From a virus (Duplodnaviria > Heunggongvirae > Uroviricota > Caudoviricetes): a stretch of 55,798 bases of DNA. The stretch covers positions 1 to 55,798 of IMG/VR virus record IMGVR_UViG_3300031994_000001; one strand, written 5' to 3'. This document shows positions 1-11,390 of this stretch, in pieces (the first letter of the stretch is position 1; every line of letters starts with the position of its first letter). The translations under genes and the position numbers were made by a program. The notes beneath the pieces are model-generated. The model searched no databases, was not told the DNA's origin, and saw only the letters and a list, made by a program, of their open reading frames with translations.

Positions 1-2
1 GA

Positions 3-985
3 ATCCAAGGTGTTCAAGGTTTGCAGGGTCTCCAAGGTCAACAAGGTATCCAAGGTGTACAAGGCAAGCAAGGTACACAAGGAACACAAGGAATCCAAGG
101 TGTTCAAGGCAAGCAAGGTACACAAGGAATCCAAGGTGTTCAAGGTCGCCAAGGTGTTCAAGGCACGCAGGGAATCCAAGGCATTCAAGGTCTGCAAGGT
201 CTCCAAGGTCAGCAAGGAACACAAGGTACACAAGGAATCCAAGGTGTTCAAGGTCTCCAAGGAGAGCAAGGTGTTCAAGGTCGCCAAGGTCGCCAAGGTC
301 GCCAAGGTGTTCAAGGCACGCAAGGAATCCAAGGCGTTCAAGGTCTGCAAGGTCTCCAAGGAGTCCAAGGCAATCAAGGTACGCAAGGAATCCAAGGTGT
401 TCAAGGCAAACAAGGTACACAAGGTACACAAGGAATCCAAGGTGTTCAAGGAAAACAAGGTACACAAGGAATACAAGGAATCCAAGGTCGCCAAGGAATC
501 CAAGGTGTTCAAGGCAAGCAAGGTACACAAGGTACACAAGGAATCCAAGGTGTTCAAGGTTTGCAGGGTCTCCAAGGTCAACAAGGTATCCAAGGTGTAC
601 AAGGCAAGCAAGGAACACAAGGTACACAAGGAATCCAAGGTGTTCAAGGAAAGCAAGGTACACAAGGAATCCAAGGTGTTCAAGGCAAGCAAGGTACACA
701 AGGAACACAAGGAATCCAAGGTGTTCAAGGTTTGCAGGGTCTCCAAGGTCAACAAGGTATTCAAGGAATCCAAGGAAAACAAGGAACACAAGGAATACAA
801 GGAATCCAAGGTCGCCAAGGAATCCAAGGTGTTCAAGGCAGACAAGGAATCCAAGGAATCCAAGGTCGCCAAGGAATACAAGGTGTTCAAGGCAGACAAG
901 GAATCCAAGGAATCCAAGGTCGCCAAGGAATCCAAGGAATCCAAGGTAAGCAAGGCACGCAGGGTATTCAAGGTATAGAAGGTAA
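3..985 (+). repeat. 9-bp-period collagen-coding tandem repeat (caagg core)
   Basis: Continuous CAAGGN-NNN units encoding GxQ. Confidence 0.95.
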
Positions 986-3900
986 TAGCGGAAGCGAGAT
1001 AATACTTGAAACTATTGGCAGACAATCGGCAAATACGCTTTTTGTTCAATTTAGACCGAGTTCAAATATTCCAGAGTATGATGGCGATAATAATTGTTAT
1101 ATACATTTTAACGATAATGTAACTATCATATTCAATCACGCATTTAATCACGACAAGTCTTATGTGTCGGACGATTCAAATGCAACTAATGACGATGCTA
1201 TGGGTGCGCCGCAAATGTTGGCTATATTTAATACAATAGATGGCGAAAAACCGTTATTTGAGGGAGTTGCTGCGAATGCGTATGTCCCGATTATGTATCG
1301 CGCACGCTTTGAGGAATTGGATAAAAATAATGTTAGACTTGTTGATAGTCTTCCCGTAATTGGTATAGACCCGATAACTGCGGAGAAATATGCAATAGGT
1401 ATATACGGGACTTATGAAAATGGTGCAAGCGATGAAGAATGGTCTGATGTTTACAGTGCGGAAGCGTATGATTTGTCTGAAAGCGGTATTGAGGAACACC
1501 ATTTCATTTATGAAAAATCATTTTATGGAAGTAACCATTCAACCAATTTCAAATATGGTGTTGGTGACGATTATGACGCTATATATAGTGGATGTAACAC
1601 ACAATCCTACACGTATTCGTTGCAAGGCATAAGCTGTGGTAATCCAGAATTGAAAGCATATCTTGAAAGTGTGTTTAGCAAAAATGACGATGTTGTGCTT
1701 CCGTGCCTTACAAAAATAGGTCATTTTGATACAATACATACATTTGATACTCAAAACATTGAAGAAAGTCAACAGAATACGTCTGATGATTTGAATACTC
1801 TTATCAACCATCTTATCAATATAAGTGGTGACTATTGTATTACTGATGCAGACGACTTTACTTATAGGGGTGGTACAAGTCCGAGTAATGTTGTGAAAAC
1901 GCACTTGGCTAAACCTGCATTTTTGGTTTTGAGAACCACGCATTTGTACCAAGTTGACAATTGGGGAAGTATGTTCACCAATCCTATGTTTATTGATGTT
2001 GAGGTTCAAAAGAGTGGATATACAGCGAAAAATATAACCCAAATAAGAAGTTATATATCGGGTGGTATTGGCGATGATTGGTATAAGTATAATGACTATG
2101 GATTGAGACCGAGTATGGGTGGACAAGCGAAATTGTATCGTGACTATCAACTCAATCTCTTGAACCCTGGTTCATCTCTCGGAGACAGAAACAAGGAATG
2201 GAAAAACACTTGGTCAAAGATAGACAATGACGGATTGTTTGGAAATCGTGTGTTTAATGGACTTGCCAATATATTTGGCAAACTTGGAGGAAGTTTCCCG
2301 CATTTGGATACACACGTATCCGAGGGATATACTACTGATTCCGTTGACAAACTGATAAAACTTTGGGAAATTGTGTCGTATAATTATTACAATGGCGGCG
2401 AATACAATGAGACATTGGGTCCAGGCACGGGAATATTTCCGATTGATAAAAAATACAGAACGAAAAACGGTTTGATAGAATTATCAAATGTTGAAAATGA
2501 GGATTGGCGTGCATTGGTTTTAAATATGAACCACAATACCAATGGTGCGGCATTTGCCCTTAACGGAACAACTTTAAGGACTGAACGTATATGGCAAAAT
2601 ACACAAGCCACACTTAATGCTGCTATTGTCGGAACATACAACTCTTATTATCAAGGTAGATTGGGTGGTGTGAATACGCCGTTCATATTTGGTTTTGATG
2701 CCCTTTGGAATTATCTTGAAAATTATCTGTATGGCTCAAGTTATGTTTCAAATCCATATTTGTCACAAAACTTTTGGCATATGGTTGATAGGGGATACAT
2801 CAGTGTTGGATATTGGAAAGATTTAGACCATTCTTACGGTGATTCGTTGCCTTATGACTTTGGGGGAAGTGCGCTTGGTATGAATACAACGCCTCCGTCT
2901 GACGGTAGCGGTAAATTGCGTGAATATTTTTGGAACGGTAGCCATACTGGTGAATTGATATGTCCTTGGCGATATCTGTTCAACAGTAACCATACCGATT
3001 GGAATCCGTGTTTGAAGTTGAAACGCGATGTTAGAAGTACATCTAATGTCAATTCGGGTCGTGGATTCAGAATTTTCTCTTGGTTTAACGGAAAACATAC
3101 AACGTCTCCAGAAACAAACAATTTCAAGAATTATAGGAACAGCAGCAATGTGAATTATAGACTGTTCTCAACCAATAGCAGTCAAAGTTTGTGCTACAGT
3201 TACACTATTATTGAAATTCCTCTTAACTATGAAGACGCAAGTTTAAATTCAGCAAAGGGCGGTGAAGTTAGCGGATATATCAGCGGCGTAAAGAGCGGCG
3301 GTGAAGGTCAATCACAAATTGCGAATATAAACGAGATTAACTTTGACGGATGCTGCTGTGATAATGTGCTTATCGCCACAAGAGTTGACAGTACAACAAA
3401 TAGGTTTAATTTAAGAGCGATTTCGGGTTCGTATCCATTGAACAGAAACGACAAATTTACTGTAATATTCAAAGATACGTATGATAATGCTCTTGACAGA
3501 CCTATGATGTTCATAGACGGCGATAACGACATTGATATATTTGGTTCAGATGTTGATGTTTCAAATAACACAACTCATCCGATAACTACTTTGGCTGTTG
3601 TGTATAAGAATACAAAAATCAATGGTACTAACCCGACAAAATCATTACCCGCTCCATTTATGGGAATTTCACCTATAAATGGCAACGAAATCAGTATAAC
3701 GGCATATTCTTCTTCTGACGCTGCATTGCGAAGCGGAGAAGTACATACATTCATATATGAAAAATGTTTGTATTATAAGCATAATAATTGCGCTTACAAC
3801 TACGGCGGTAACGGTAAGAATTGTGCAACTATGTGGTCAAACGGCGTGGAGTTGGCTAACTGCTCTTGGCTTGGTGAAAGCGGTAACAGTTCAGATGCAA

Positions 3901-5231
3901 ACAGTATGGTTATAACCGCCGCAATTAAAGTCGGTGACTTCGATACAGCGGGCAGCGGCGGTGGCGGCGGTGGCGAACAAGGTACGCAAGGAATACAAGG
4001 AGTCCAAGGTGTTCAAGGTCTCCAAGGTAAACAAGGCAGACAAGGCGTTCGCGGCTATCAAGGTTATCAAGGTGTCCAAGGTACAAGCGGCGGTGGCGGT
4101 TTGGAAGTCATTCTTCGCACAACAAAGGTTCATAACAATGTCTTCACTGTTGAGAGTGTATCTGGAATTTATCCTATTATAATAGAGCGGAACACAGTTG
4201 TTCGCATTCAGTTCAACCATAGTTTTGACCACGATTATCACGGTATGGGGTATAGTGAGCCGCAAATAATGTTCATAAAAGCATTGGATGAAAACCTTAT
4301 TATATTCAAACTTGATGACAATAGTGACTTTGATATTGGAGCATCGGATAATGAATTACCGTTATTCTATAGATATTATTGGGATAGAGGCAATGGTTTT
4401 ATGGGCGTGCCTGCTCCGATAATAGGAATAGACCCATTCAGCGGCGAAAACTATGCGATAGGTGTTAAGGGATTACAAGGTTTGACAAGAGGTGATACAC
4501 CCGCCCCGTTGTCCACACACGAATTTTTGTACACGTGTGATGTTAATTTCATCTTTAGCATTTCGGTTAATGGTCTTTATTATGGAAATTCTATGTATGG
4601 AACGGCTGCATATTATGACGGTTCTGCCGTTCCGTTCGAGTATGAGTTTAATTTGGAACATATGTCAGAAAATGTGGGTTCTGAAGCAAACACAGTAATT
4701 CGTTGGATGGAAATGGATTGTTATGGTCGCACTCGTCATTATGTTCCAACGCTTACGAAAGTCGGACATTTCAACACAGACCATTATATAAGAAGTTCTA
4801 AATCGAAAAAGGGTGCGTCCGCGCTTTATTCGGAAGAATCTGTCAACTTGGATACTCAAAACACATTGTCCTGCTCAACATCAGACACCAATGCGTCTTA
4901 CTTGTATGCCGCAGTTGAAACGGGTAAGGAAACAACGTTGAATGTTGACCTCAATGTCAACAACACATACGAGAATTATCTGTGTATCCAAAACAACGGA
5001 AAGACTGACTTGGATGTGGTGTTCAGCAGTGTCAAGTTCGGTGACGCAAAGAGTGTTGTAACGAAAGTCCCGTACACAAACGGCGTTGTTACAATCGCGG
5101 CAGGACGCTGTGTTGAGTTCTCAATCATAGGTCAAGAAGGCGGTGATGTCGTTGGAAGCAATAACGCTCTCGTTGTTGTGAAGATGAGCGACCCGATGTC
5201 AAGTATCACATTGGGGGAGATTGAAAAATAA
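3..5231 (+). CDS. Large collagen-like (Gly-X-Gln) virion/fibre protein, 5' partial
   Basis: Frame is open from the window edge; >100 G-X-Q triplets, a second short GXQ tract near 3978-4085, and three related globular domains ending in K[IV]G[HD]F[DN]T. Confidence 0.8.
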   Translation: MQGVQGLQGLQGQQGIQGVQGKQGTQGTQGIQGVQGKQGTQGIQGVQGRQGVQGTQGIQGIQGLQGLQGQQGTQGTQGIQGVQGLQGEQGVQGRQGRQGRQGVQGTQGIQGVQGLQGLQGVQGNQGTQGIQGVQGKQGTQGTQGIQGVQGKQGTQGIQGIQGRQGIQGVQGKQGTQGTQGIQGVQGLQGLQGQQGIQGVQGKQGTQGTQGIQGVQGKQGTQGIQGVQGKQGTQGTQGIQGVQGLQGLQGQQGIQGIQGKQGTQGIQGIQGRQGIQGVQGRQGIQGIQGRQGIQGVQGRQGIQGIQGRQGIQGIQGKQGTQGIQGIEGNSGSEIILETIGRQSANTLFVQFRPSSNIPEYDGDNNCYIHFNDNVTIIFNHAFNHDKSYVSDDSNATNDDAMGAPQMLAIFNTIDGEKPLFEGVAANAYVPIMYRARFEELDKNNVRLVDSLPVIGIDPITAEKYAIGIYGTYENGASDEEWSDVYSAEAYDLSESGIEEHHFIYEKSFYGSNHSTNFKYGVGDDYDAIYSGCNTQSYTYSLQGISCGNPELKAYLESVFSKNDDVVLPCLTKIGHFDTIHTFDTQNIEESQQNTSDDLNTLINHLINISGDYCITDADDFTYRGGTSPSNVVKTHLAKPAFLVLRTTHLYQVDNWGSMFTNPMFIDVEVQKSGYTAKNITQIRSYISGGIGDDWYKYNDYGLRPSMGGQAKLYRDYQLNLLNPGSSLGDRNKEWKNTWSKIDNDGLFGNRVFNGLANIFGKLGGSFPHLDTHVSEGYTTDSVDKLIKLWEIVSYNYYNGGEYNETLGPGTGIFPIDKKYRTKNGLIELSNVENEDWRALVLNMNHNTNGAAFALNGTTLRTERIWQNTQATLNAAIVGTYNSYYQGRLGGVNTPFIFGFDALWNYLENYLYGSSYVSNPYLSQNFWHMVDRGYISVGYWKDLDHSYGDSLPYDFGGSALGMNTTPPSDGSGKLREYFWNGSHTGELICPWRYLFNSNHTDWNPCLKLKRDVRSTSNVNSGRGFRIFSWFNGKHTTSPETNNFKNYRNSSNVNYRLFSTNSSQSLCYSYTIIEIPLNYEDASLNSAKGGEVSGYISGVKSGGEGQSQIANINEINFDGCCCDNVLIATRVDSTTNRFNLRAISGSYPLNRNDKFTVIFKDTYDNALDRPMMFIDGDNDIDIFGSDVDVSNNTTHPITTLAVVYKNTKINGTNPTKSLPAPFMGISPINGNEISITAYSSSDAALRSGEVHTFIYEKCLYYKHNNCAYNYGGNGKNCATMWSNGVELANCSWLGESGNSSDANSMVITAAIKVGDFDTAGSGGGGGGEQGTQGIQGVQGVQGLQGKQGRQGVRGYQGYQGVQGTSGGGGLEVILRTTKVHNNVFTVESVSGIYPIIIERNTVVRIQFNHSFDHDYHGMGYSEPQIMFIKALDENLIIFKLDDNSDFDIGASDNELPLFYRYYWDRGNGFMGVPAPIIGIDPFSGENYAIGVKGLQGLTRGDTPAPLSTHEFLYTCDVNFIFSISVNGLYYGNSMYGTAAYYDGSAVPFEYEFNLEHMSENVGSEANTVIRWMEMDCYGRTRHYVPTLTKVGHFNTDHYIRSSKSKKGASALYSEESVNLDTQNTLSCSTSDTNASYLYAAVETGKETTLNVDLNVNNTYENYLCIQNNGKTDLDVVFSSVKFGDAKSVVTKVPYTNGVVTIAAGRCVEFSIIGQEGGDVVGSNNALVVVKMSDPMSSITLGEIEK

Positions 5232-5241
5232 TCGGGAAACA

Positions 5242-5278
5242 GCCCGTTTTGACTTGAATTGTCAAAACGGGCATTTCA
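5242..5278 (+). terminator. Hairpin/putative intrinsic terminator
   Basis: gcccgttttgac-loop-gtcaaaacgggc just after the stop; weak U tract. Confidence 0.55.
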
Positions 5279-5292
5279 TTAAAAACAACGAA

Positions 5293-5300
5293 TATAAATA
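5293..5300 (+). promoter_or_regulatory. T4-type late promoter TATAAATA
   Basis: Exact TATAAATA 21 nt before the ATG at 5322. Confidence 0.7.
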
Positions 5301-5321
5301 TATCATTAAATAATTGAAATT

Positions 5322-5642
5322 ATGAAAATAATCGTATTTGACAACGACAGCGATTTTGAGTTCTACTGCTTGAAACCGAAATATGAAATCAACCAATCCG
5401 AAATTTCGGGTACTCTCTACTATGATTTGGCATTCACAGACACATACATCAAAGACGTTAAGGACGGCGTTATGTTCTGCATAGACGACCCGAAGTCAAA
5501 GGTCGTGAAACGCGGCTGTGTCACAAGGGGTGTCGTATCAAAGAGGGTTGACAATTTGCTTGACGTTGAGGCGGAAGACCTCCAGATTCTTTACAGAAAC
5601 GCCGAAATCGAAAGATACACATTGAGAAACAATAATAAATAA
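5322..5642 (+). CDS. Hypothetical protein
   Basis: 106 aa ORF downstream of late promoter, abuts next gene. Confidence 0.75.
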   Translation: MKIIVFDNDSDFEFYCLKPKYEINQSEISGTLYYDLAFTDTYIKDVKDGVMFCIDDPKSKVVKRGCVTRGVVSKRVDNLLDVEAEDLQILYRNAEIERYTLRNNNK

Positions 5643-5644
5643 CA

Positions 5645-7075
5645 ATGAAAATACTTAACACGAAAGACTACGAAAGCGAATTGCTCGAAGGCAGAAATTC
5701 TGTCGGAGCAAAGTTGGGCAACAGCACGGAAGTGATTGACCCCGATAAGCCTGCGGGTGAAAACGAAACCATTGCAAGTATCGGCAAGACTGTTGTCAAA
5801 CTTGACAACTATGACGACTTCGAGGGAAAGCGTGCAGACAAGAACCCGTCACACGGTATGTTCTCTGTTGACGCTCCGTTGGAGTACAGCAAGAAACTGT
5901 TTACCGACAAGAAAGTTTGGAACGACAACCTTGAGGATTTGTTTGACGCAATCAAGGGTAAATCCGATTTCTTCGTTCAAGGTGAAGCGGGTTGGGCTAA
6001 AACCGCCCTCATTACACAAATGGCTAACAAGTGCGGATATACCGTTATCACGGTTTATTTGGACAAGGCTGTACCAGAGGATTTGGACGGACTTCCTGCC
6101 GTCAGAGAGGACAAGAACAGACAGAGCGGAATCGTGCAAGTGCGTGCGCTTCCCGTTTGGGCGCAGTATATGCTTGACCGCCCCAATGAAAAATTCCTCT
6201 TGTTCTTTGACGAAATGAACCAAGCAACAAGTGACGTTATGCACTCACTTATGCCTATCGTTCTGAAGCACGTCATCGGCGGTATCGAATTTGACAACTA
6301 CTTCTGTGGCGGTGCAGGTAATATGAGTTATGAGGATAACACCCTCGAATCAATCCCGAAGGCTCTTATGAGCCGTATGGGTGGTGCGCCTATCACTTGG
6401 ATTACGGGTACTCCCGAAGCGTGGAAAGAGGCGTTTGAATACCTCCACGGCGAATGGGACAACCAAATCTCAAAGGAAGTTGTCAGCGCATTTGAGAGAC
6501 ACGCAACCATTTTCGCAAGCCCGCGTGACATTGAAAAGAACATCTTTAAGAATGTCGCAACAATCAAGAACTCATTTGACGAGGACGATGAGTTCAACGA
6601 AAGAGACCGTGTTTCTGTCGGTTCTTTGGAACGCCGTATCAAGAGGCAGACCAACACAGTCGAAGGCAGACAGTACAATATCGGTGAGGGCAACGAATAC
6701 ACCGATGCCATCGCAAGCCAAGTTAGGGAACTTGCCGAGAAATGCTACGACTTCATCAACGGAAGCAGCAGCGGCAGAAAGTTCAATGAAGAACCCGAAC
6801 AGCAGGCAGACGAAAACGCCCCTACATTTGACAAGGACGAAATCAAGAGCATCATTGACTTGATTGTGTTCGGTGAAATGTCAGTCAGCGAGGACGACCC
6901 CGACACAATGGCCCCGATTACCCACGAGACAATCTTCGATTTCTTCCCATCAATGAACAAGGAACTCCTTAACTTCATTGACAAACAAATGGCTAAAGAG
7001 GGCAAGGAATGGATGTATCCGCACAACGAAGATGCCGTTAAGACGGGTAAGTGGACTCTTGACGAACTTGAATAA
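5645..7075 (+). CDS. MoxR-like AAA+ ATPase
   Basis: Variant Walker A GEAGWAKT, Walker B LLFFDEMN, AGN sensor, ALMSRM; adjacent VWA gene. Confidence 0.8.
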   Translation: MKILNTKDYESELLEGRNSVGAKLGNSTEVIDPDKPAGENETIASIGKTVVKLDNYDDFEGKRADKNPSHGMFSVDAPLEYSKKLFTDKKVWNDNLEDLFDAIKGKSDFFVQGEAGWAKTALITQMANKCGYTVITVYLDKAVPEDLDGLPAVREDKNRQSGIVQVRALPVWAQYMLDRPNEKFLLFFDEMNQATSDVMHSLMPIVLKHVIGGIEFDNYFCGGAGNMSYEDNTLESIPKALMSRMGGAPITWITGTPEAWKEAFEYLHGEWDNQISKEVVSAFERHATIFASPRDIEKNIFKNVATIKNSFDEDDEFNERDRVSVGSLERRIKRQTNTVEGRQYNIGEGNEYTDAIASQVRELAEKCYDFINGSSSGRKFNEEPEQQADENAPTFDKDEIKSIIDLIVFGEMSVSEDDPDTMAPITHETIFDFFPSMNKELLNFIDKQMAKEGKEWMYPHNEDAVKTGKWTLDELE

Positions 7076-7092
7076 CAAATAAAAACTTTGAG

Positions 7093-7122
7093 AAAGTGCC
7101 GTCTTTAAGGCGGCATTTTTTT
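7093..7122 (+). terminator. Intrinsic terminator
   Basis: gtgccgtc-ttta-aggcggcat followed by T run. Confidence 0.7.
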
Positions 7123-7171
7123 CAATTTTTATTATATTGCACTGAACACAGTTTCTAAAATAATTGACAAT

Positions 7172-10159
7172 ATGAACAATTGGCAAAAATCAATATCAAA
7201 GATAAAGGACGAGCATACCGCTTGGAGATTCGACTTTACGAAATATCTTGACCAATCAACAAGATATAACGGGTTTCGTTTCTTTTGGGAACTTATACCT
7301 ATGATTACGTTTGTCACGGGTCATAAGGGAATCGCTTGGACTGATAAGGATGTGAACATTTTTCTCAACATACCGCACGATAAAGTGCCTATGGACGATG
7401 AAAAGTGGGAGTTCATATACTATCACGAGTGTTTGCACCAAATGTACGAGACATTTGCTGTTGAGGATACCATCAAAAGCGAGTTTGGCAGTTGCAACCA
7501 CGATTTGCTCAATGTGGCGAGTGATGTCGTAATCAACGATTATGTCAAGACCCGCTGCAATCTTGAATATCCTACCGATGGTCTTATGACACCCGAATAC
7601 ATCAAGGAGAAATTCGGCGTGGAATACGACAGAAAGACCGATGACCAATATGCTCTTTATATGAAACTCAAAGAGGTTGAGGACAAAATTGTTGACGACC
7701 CTCTTGTTCAACAGATGCGTGAGAACGCCCCTATTGTTGACATTGACGGCGGTGGTGATGTGAAGATTCCAAAAACGGTCAAGTTGCCGACAACAAGCGA
7801 GTGGAAAAAAGGAAGCAAGGAAGCGAGAAAGGCTATCAATGACATTCTTCAGAAATACTGTGACGGTATCAAAAAACAGTCCAATGGCAGAATCTCTGTA
7901 AACGATACATTGACTGCTATGAAAAAGGCTGCTGAAGAAATTGAAAAACTCGCAAAGGGTAAGTTGAAACCGACAGTAATCCAAGTTCCGCCAAACGAAT
8001 CTGCGCATTATGTTATGAACTCCGCTATGTTCATAGGTGAGTCTGACGATACGAAGAAAGAGATTTCTCCCGAATATCAGACATACGAACAAGGTTGGGA
8101 TTATGCCGTTAAAGACGTTCTCAATCAAATTAGCCAAATGATGCAAGGTTTGATGGGCGGCGGCGGTCCAGGAGGCGGCGGTGGTACGGATGATAATGAA
8201 CCTATGCACCAAGAAGTTCCCGAAAACGACCCGTCAGAAGAACAACCGTTCCTCCCGCAGACTTTGGGCGGAAGCGGTGGAAAAGGCGACCCCGATGAAG
8301 ACGATAAGGATTCAAAGGATTTAGACCATAATGACGTTTCCGATATGAACGCTGACGAGGCTGCTGACGAGGCGCAGAATGCCGCAGACAAAGCAAAGGA
8401 TAATGCTGACGGCGCACAGAGTTCCGCAGATTCCGCACAACAGAACGCAGATAGTGCCGCTTCTGATGCTGAAAGCGCAAAGAACCAACACGGAGAGGAT
8501 TCAAGCGAATACAAGAAAGCGAAGTCCAAGGCTGACAAAGCGCAGAAGAATGCCGACAAAGCAAAAGACGCTGCTAAAAAGGCAAAGGAAGCCGCAGATA
8601 AGGCGCAAGATTCCGCTGACAAAGCAAAGGACGCTGCAAGCAAAGGTGACACCGATGGGGCAAAAGACAACGCAAGAGACGCGCAGAAGGCTGCTGACGA
8701 GGCTGCTGACGAGGCTTCAAAGGCGGAAGATGCCGCAAACGGCAAGTCAAAGAAAAGCGGTCACAATGACGTTTCCAATATGAGTGCCGATGAAGCGGCT
8801 GACGAAGCGCAAGACGAAGCAGACCAAGCAAAAGAAATGGCTGACGGCGCACAAGAGGCTGCTGACAACGCACAGAGGGCTGCTGATTCCGCTGCTATGG
8901 ATGCTGAACGCGCAGGCACGGAACACGGCAAGGATTCAAGCGAATACAAGAAAGCGAAGTCCAAGGCTGACAAAGCGCAGAAGAATGCTGACAAGGCTAA
9001 ATCCGCTGCTAAAAAGGCAGGCGAATCCGCAGACCAAGCGCAGGACGCTGCTGACGCTGCAAAGGATGCTGCCGACAAAGGCGATACTGACGGCGCAAGA
9101 AACAATGCGAAGAAAGCGCAAAAGGCTGCTGACAAAACCGCTGACGAGGCTGCAAAGGCTGCTTCAGCAGAGAAAGAATCAGAAACCGAAACCGCCCGTG
9201 AAAACATCGGAGACGGTGAAGAAAATGTTGTCGGAAATGCAACCGAGGTTAATTGGGAAAGCAGCAGCCGAGACAAAGGTTGGGCTTGGAGTCAAGAAAT
9301 GGAAGACAACATTCAACGCTACGCCGAAAAACTTGGCGATATGACTTCCGAGGATGCGAAGAATGTCATTAAGAAATTCGCCCGTTCAGCGGACGGCGCA
9401 CTCGGCGAGTTCGTGCGCAAATGCGTTTCAAGCGAGGAAAAGAACAAGAAAGGTATAATTGTTCAAACTCCTATGCACAAGAGAAACGTGTCTTGGGCTG
9501 AAAAATTCAGCGAGAGTATAAAGAACACGGTTAAGCAGTATGTGAAAAGGCGTACAACCGAATGGTATGCCACTTACAGAAAGCCGAACCGCAGGCAGGG
9601 TGTTGTCAAGGATGACAGTTTCTTGAAGAAAGGCAAGATGCGCAAGAAAGACAAACTCACGATTTCTGTCGCTTTCTACATTGACATTTCTTCCTCTATG
9701 GACTCTTCATCAGTCCGTAACATATTCGACTATGTTTACAAGTTGAACGACAAGATTTACAAGCAGTACAAAGGCAACGAGGTTGTTGAAGATACCGTGT
9801 TTGACTTCTACTCATTCAACAGTTCCGTCCATAAGGAGAAACGACCCAATATTCCGAGACCGAATGGCACGACACTCCCGCTCCTTGAACTCATCAAGGA
9901 AATTGAGAAACTGTCGTTTAACCATATGATTAACGTGATTATCACGGACGCGGAAATGGGTAACTTCCCGACAGCGAAAATTAAGGCTGAAATGAAGAGT
10001 CTCCCAGGCAACATAGTGTTTATCACCGACAACACGGAGGTTGTGTCAGTTCTTTCGCCGCTTACGAGCATAACCACTTTCGGTTCAAATAAGAAGTTTG
10101 ACATAATCACAGTGCCGCACGGATTCAAGATAAGCGACAAAGACTTCAAGCAGGTATAG
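7172..10159 (+). CDS. Putative metallopeptidase (HExxH) + VWA-like protein with duplicated Ala/Asp/Lys-rich linker
   Basis: HECLH and NVASDVVIND at N-terminus, DISSS MIDAS-like motif and ITD near C-terminus (DUF2201-type architecture). Confidence 0.8.
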   Translation: MNNWQKSISKIKDEHTAWRFDFTKYLDQSTRYNGFRFFWELIPMITFVTGHKGIAWTDKDVNIFLNIPHDKVPMDDEKWEFIYYHECLHQMYETFAVEDTIKSEFGSCNHDLLNVASDVVINDYVKTRCNLEYPTDGLMTPEYIKEKFGVEYDRKTDDQYALYMKLKEVEDKIVDDPLVQQMRENAPIVDIDGGGDVKIPKTVKLPTTSEWKKGSKEARKAINDILQKYCDGIKKQSNGRISVNDTLTAMKKAAEEIEKLAKGKLKPTVIQVPPNESAHYVMNSAMFIGESDDTKKEISPEYQTYEQGWDYAVKDVLNQISQMMQGLMGGGGPGGGGGTDDNEPMHQEVPENDPSEEQPFLPQTLGGSGGKGDPDEDDKDSKDLDHNDVSDMNADEAADEAQNAADKAKDNADGAQSSADSAQQNADSAASDAESAKNQHGEDSSEYKKAKSKADKAQKNADKAKDAAKKAKEAADKAQDSADKAKDAASKGDTDGAKDNARDAQKAADEAADEASKAEDAANGKSKKSGHNDVSNMSADEAADEAQDEADQAKEMADGAQEAADNAQRAADSAAMDAERAGTEHGKDSSEYKKAKSKADKAQKNADKAKSAAKKAGESADQAQDAADAAKDAADKGDTDGARNNAKKAQKAADKTADEAAKAASAEKESETETARENIGDGEENVVGNATEVNWESSSRDKGWAWSQEMEDNIQRYAEKLGDMTSEDAKNVIKKFARSADGALGEFVRKCVSSEEKNKKGIIVQTPMHKRNVSWAEKFSESIKNTVKQYVKRRTTEWYATYRKPNRRQGVVKDDSFLKKGKMRKKDKLTISVAFYIDISSSMDSSSVRNIFDYVYKLNDKIYKQYKGNEVVEDTVFDFYSFNSSVHKEKRPNIPRPNGTTLPLLELIKEIEKLSFNHMINVIITDAEMGNFPTAKIKAEMKSLPGNIVFITDNTEVVSVLSPLTSITTFGSNKKFDIITVPHGFKISDKDFKQV

Positions 10160-10176
10160 CCTGCCATACATAAAGC

Positions 10177-10205
10177 AAAGGCGCACAAAATTGTGCGCCT
10201 TTTTT
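10177..10205. terminator. Bidirectional intrinsic terminator
   Basis: aaaggcgcacaa-aa-ttgtgcgcctttttt between convergent genes. Confidence 0.8.
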
Positions 10206-10219
10206 ATTGTTTGCCTTTA

Positions 10220-10990
10220 TTATTTATCGGTTTCCGCTTTCTTTTTGTCTTTCGCGTGGTGTTCGGCGTAAGCCTCTATCAGATATTCGACAATCTCGTG
10301 TCTGTGGTTTTCTTTTAGTTCGATGTTCACCATATCGGGTATCTTCTCTGCGCATTTGCACATAAACTTGAATCCGCTGTCGGTTCTGTGCTTCAAGTCA
10401 ACCTGCGACACGTCACCACATATAATCATTTTCGAGCGGAGACCGATTCTCGTGACTATCATTTCCATCTGCTCGTCAGTTATGTTCTGCGCCTCGTCCA
10501 CAATGACGCAGGCATCCAAGAAAGTCAGACCCCTCATAAACGATACGGGTACTATTTCCAATGTGCCGTCATTGAGCCATTGTTCGACAAGGTATCTCTT
10601 GTCTTTTCCCAACAGCAGATAGAAGTTTTGATATATCGGCTGAAGCCAAACATCCATTTTGTCACGCACGGTTCCAGGCAGGAATCCTATATCCTCCTTT
10701 GACACGGTGGGTCTCGTCACTACTATTTTCGTGAACTCCTTTTTCATAAGCCCATCCAATGCGATTTGGCAGGCGAGCAAAGTTTTGCCCGAACCCGCTT
10801 TTCCGTGCAGCACGCTTATTGTGTTGGCTAAAATAATGTTCTTGGCTTCCTTCTGCTCGTCATTCAGTTGGATGCCGAATTTGAATGATTTTTCACTCAT
10901 AGGTGGAATAATGTTTTTGTGTTGGATTGGGGAGGAAACGGGCGTTTCCTCCATAAGTTCTGAAAGTTCTCTTCTTGATACTTTTGTCAT
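10220..10990 (-). CDS. phoH: PhoH-family ATPase
   Basis: GKAGSGKT, VVTRP, IGFLPG, FMRGLTF, IVDEAQN, CGDVSQVDL; start set at ATG 10990, 4 nt after a minus-strand TATAAATA (10995-11002). Confidence 0.92.
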   Translation of the reverse strand: MTKVSRRELSELMEETPVSSPIQHKNIIPPMSEKSFKFGIQLNDEQKEAKNIILANTISVLHGKAGSGKTLLACQIALDGLMKKEFTKIVVTRPTVSKEDIGFLPGTVRDKMDVWLQPIYQNFYLLLGKDKRYLVEQWLNDGTLEIVPVSFMRGLTFLDACVIVDEAQNITDEQMEMIVTRIGLRSKMIICGDVSQVDLKHRTDSGFKFMCKCAEKIPDMVNIELKENHRHEIVEYLIEAYAEHHAKDKKKAETDK

Positions 10991-11028
10991 ATTGTATTTA
11001 TAACCGAAAAAGGTCTGAAAACAGTTCG

Positions 11029-11146
11029 TATAAATAAAACAGCGAAATCGCCCGTTATAAATAAAAACGGTAAAATTGTCCTTTATAAATAAAAACGGAA
11101 ATTCAACCGTTATAAATAAAAACGGCGAAATTGCCCGATATAAATA
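11029..11146 (+). repeat. Five TATAAATA boxes at 27-28 bp period
   Basis: Copies at 11029, 11056, 11084, 11111, 11139 with related AAAACGG..CC(G)T spacers. Confidence 0.9.
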
Positions 11147-11390
11147 AAAAAAAGAAAAAACCGCACAAAATGAGAAAAATGTCCGATATTCGACCAACTT
11201 CTGCATACTTGACAGTGTGCCAATTGTGGCTGCAATCAAGTAAACAGAATCTCTTTGGGGCGTACAATGTTGACGAATGTTGTCCGTAAAAAGATATATC
11301 GTACAGATACACAATAAGTTGGCGGTATATCAAAAATGTACCGCCAATTTTTTTTGAGTTTTTTTCGATTTTTGTTCGTTGTTTTTGGAA

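Noticed and set aside
10-978. 322-aa SKV/FKV repeat ORF
   Set aside because: Alternate-frame shadow of the Gly-X-Gln repeat; the collagen frame continues into a real globular region
7256-9344. Long antisense and alternate-frame ORFs over the VWA gene
   Set aside because: Artefacts of low-complexity Ala/Asp/Lys codons
10991-11314. N-terminal extension of PhoH in the ORF track
   Set aside because: Runs through the TATAAATA repeat array; ATG 10990 beside a late promoter is the better start
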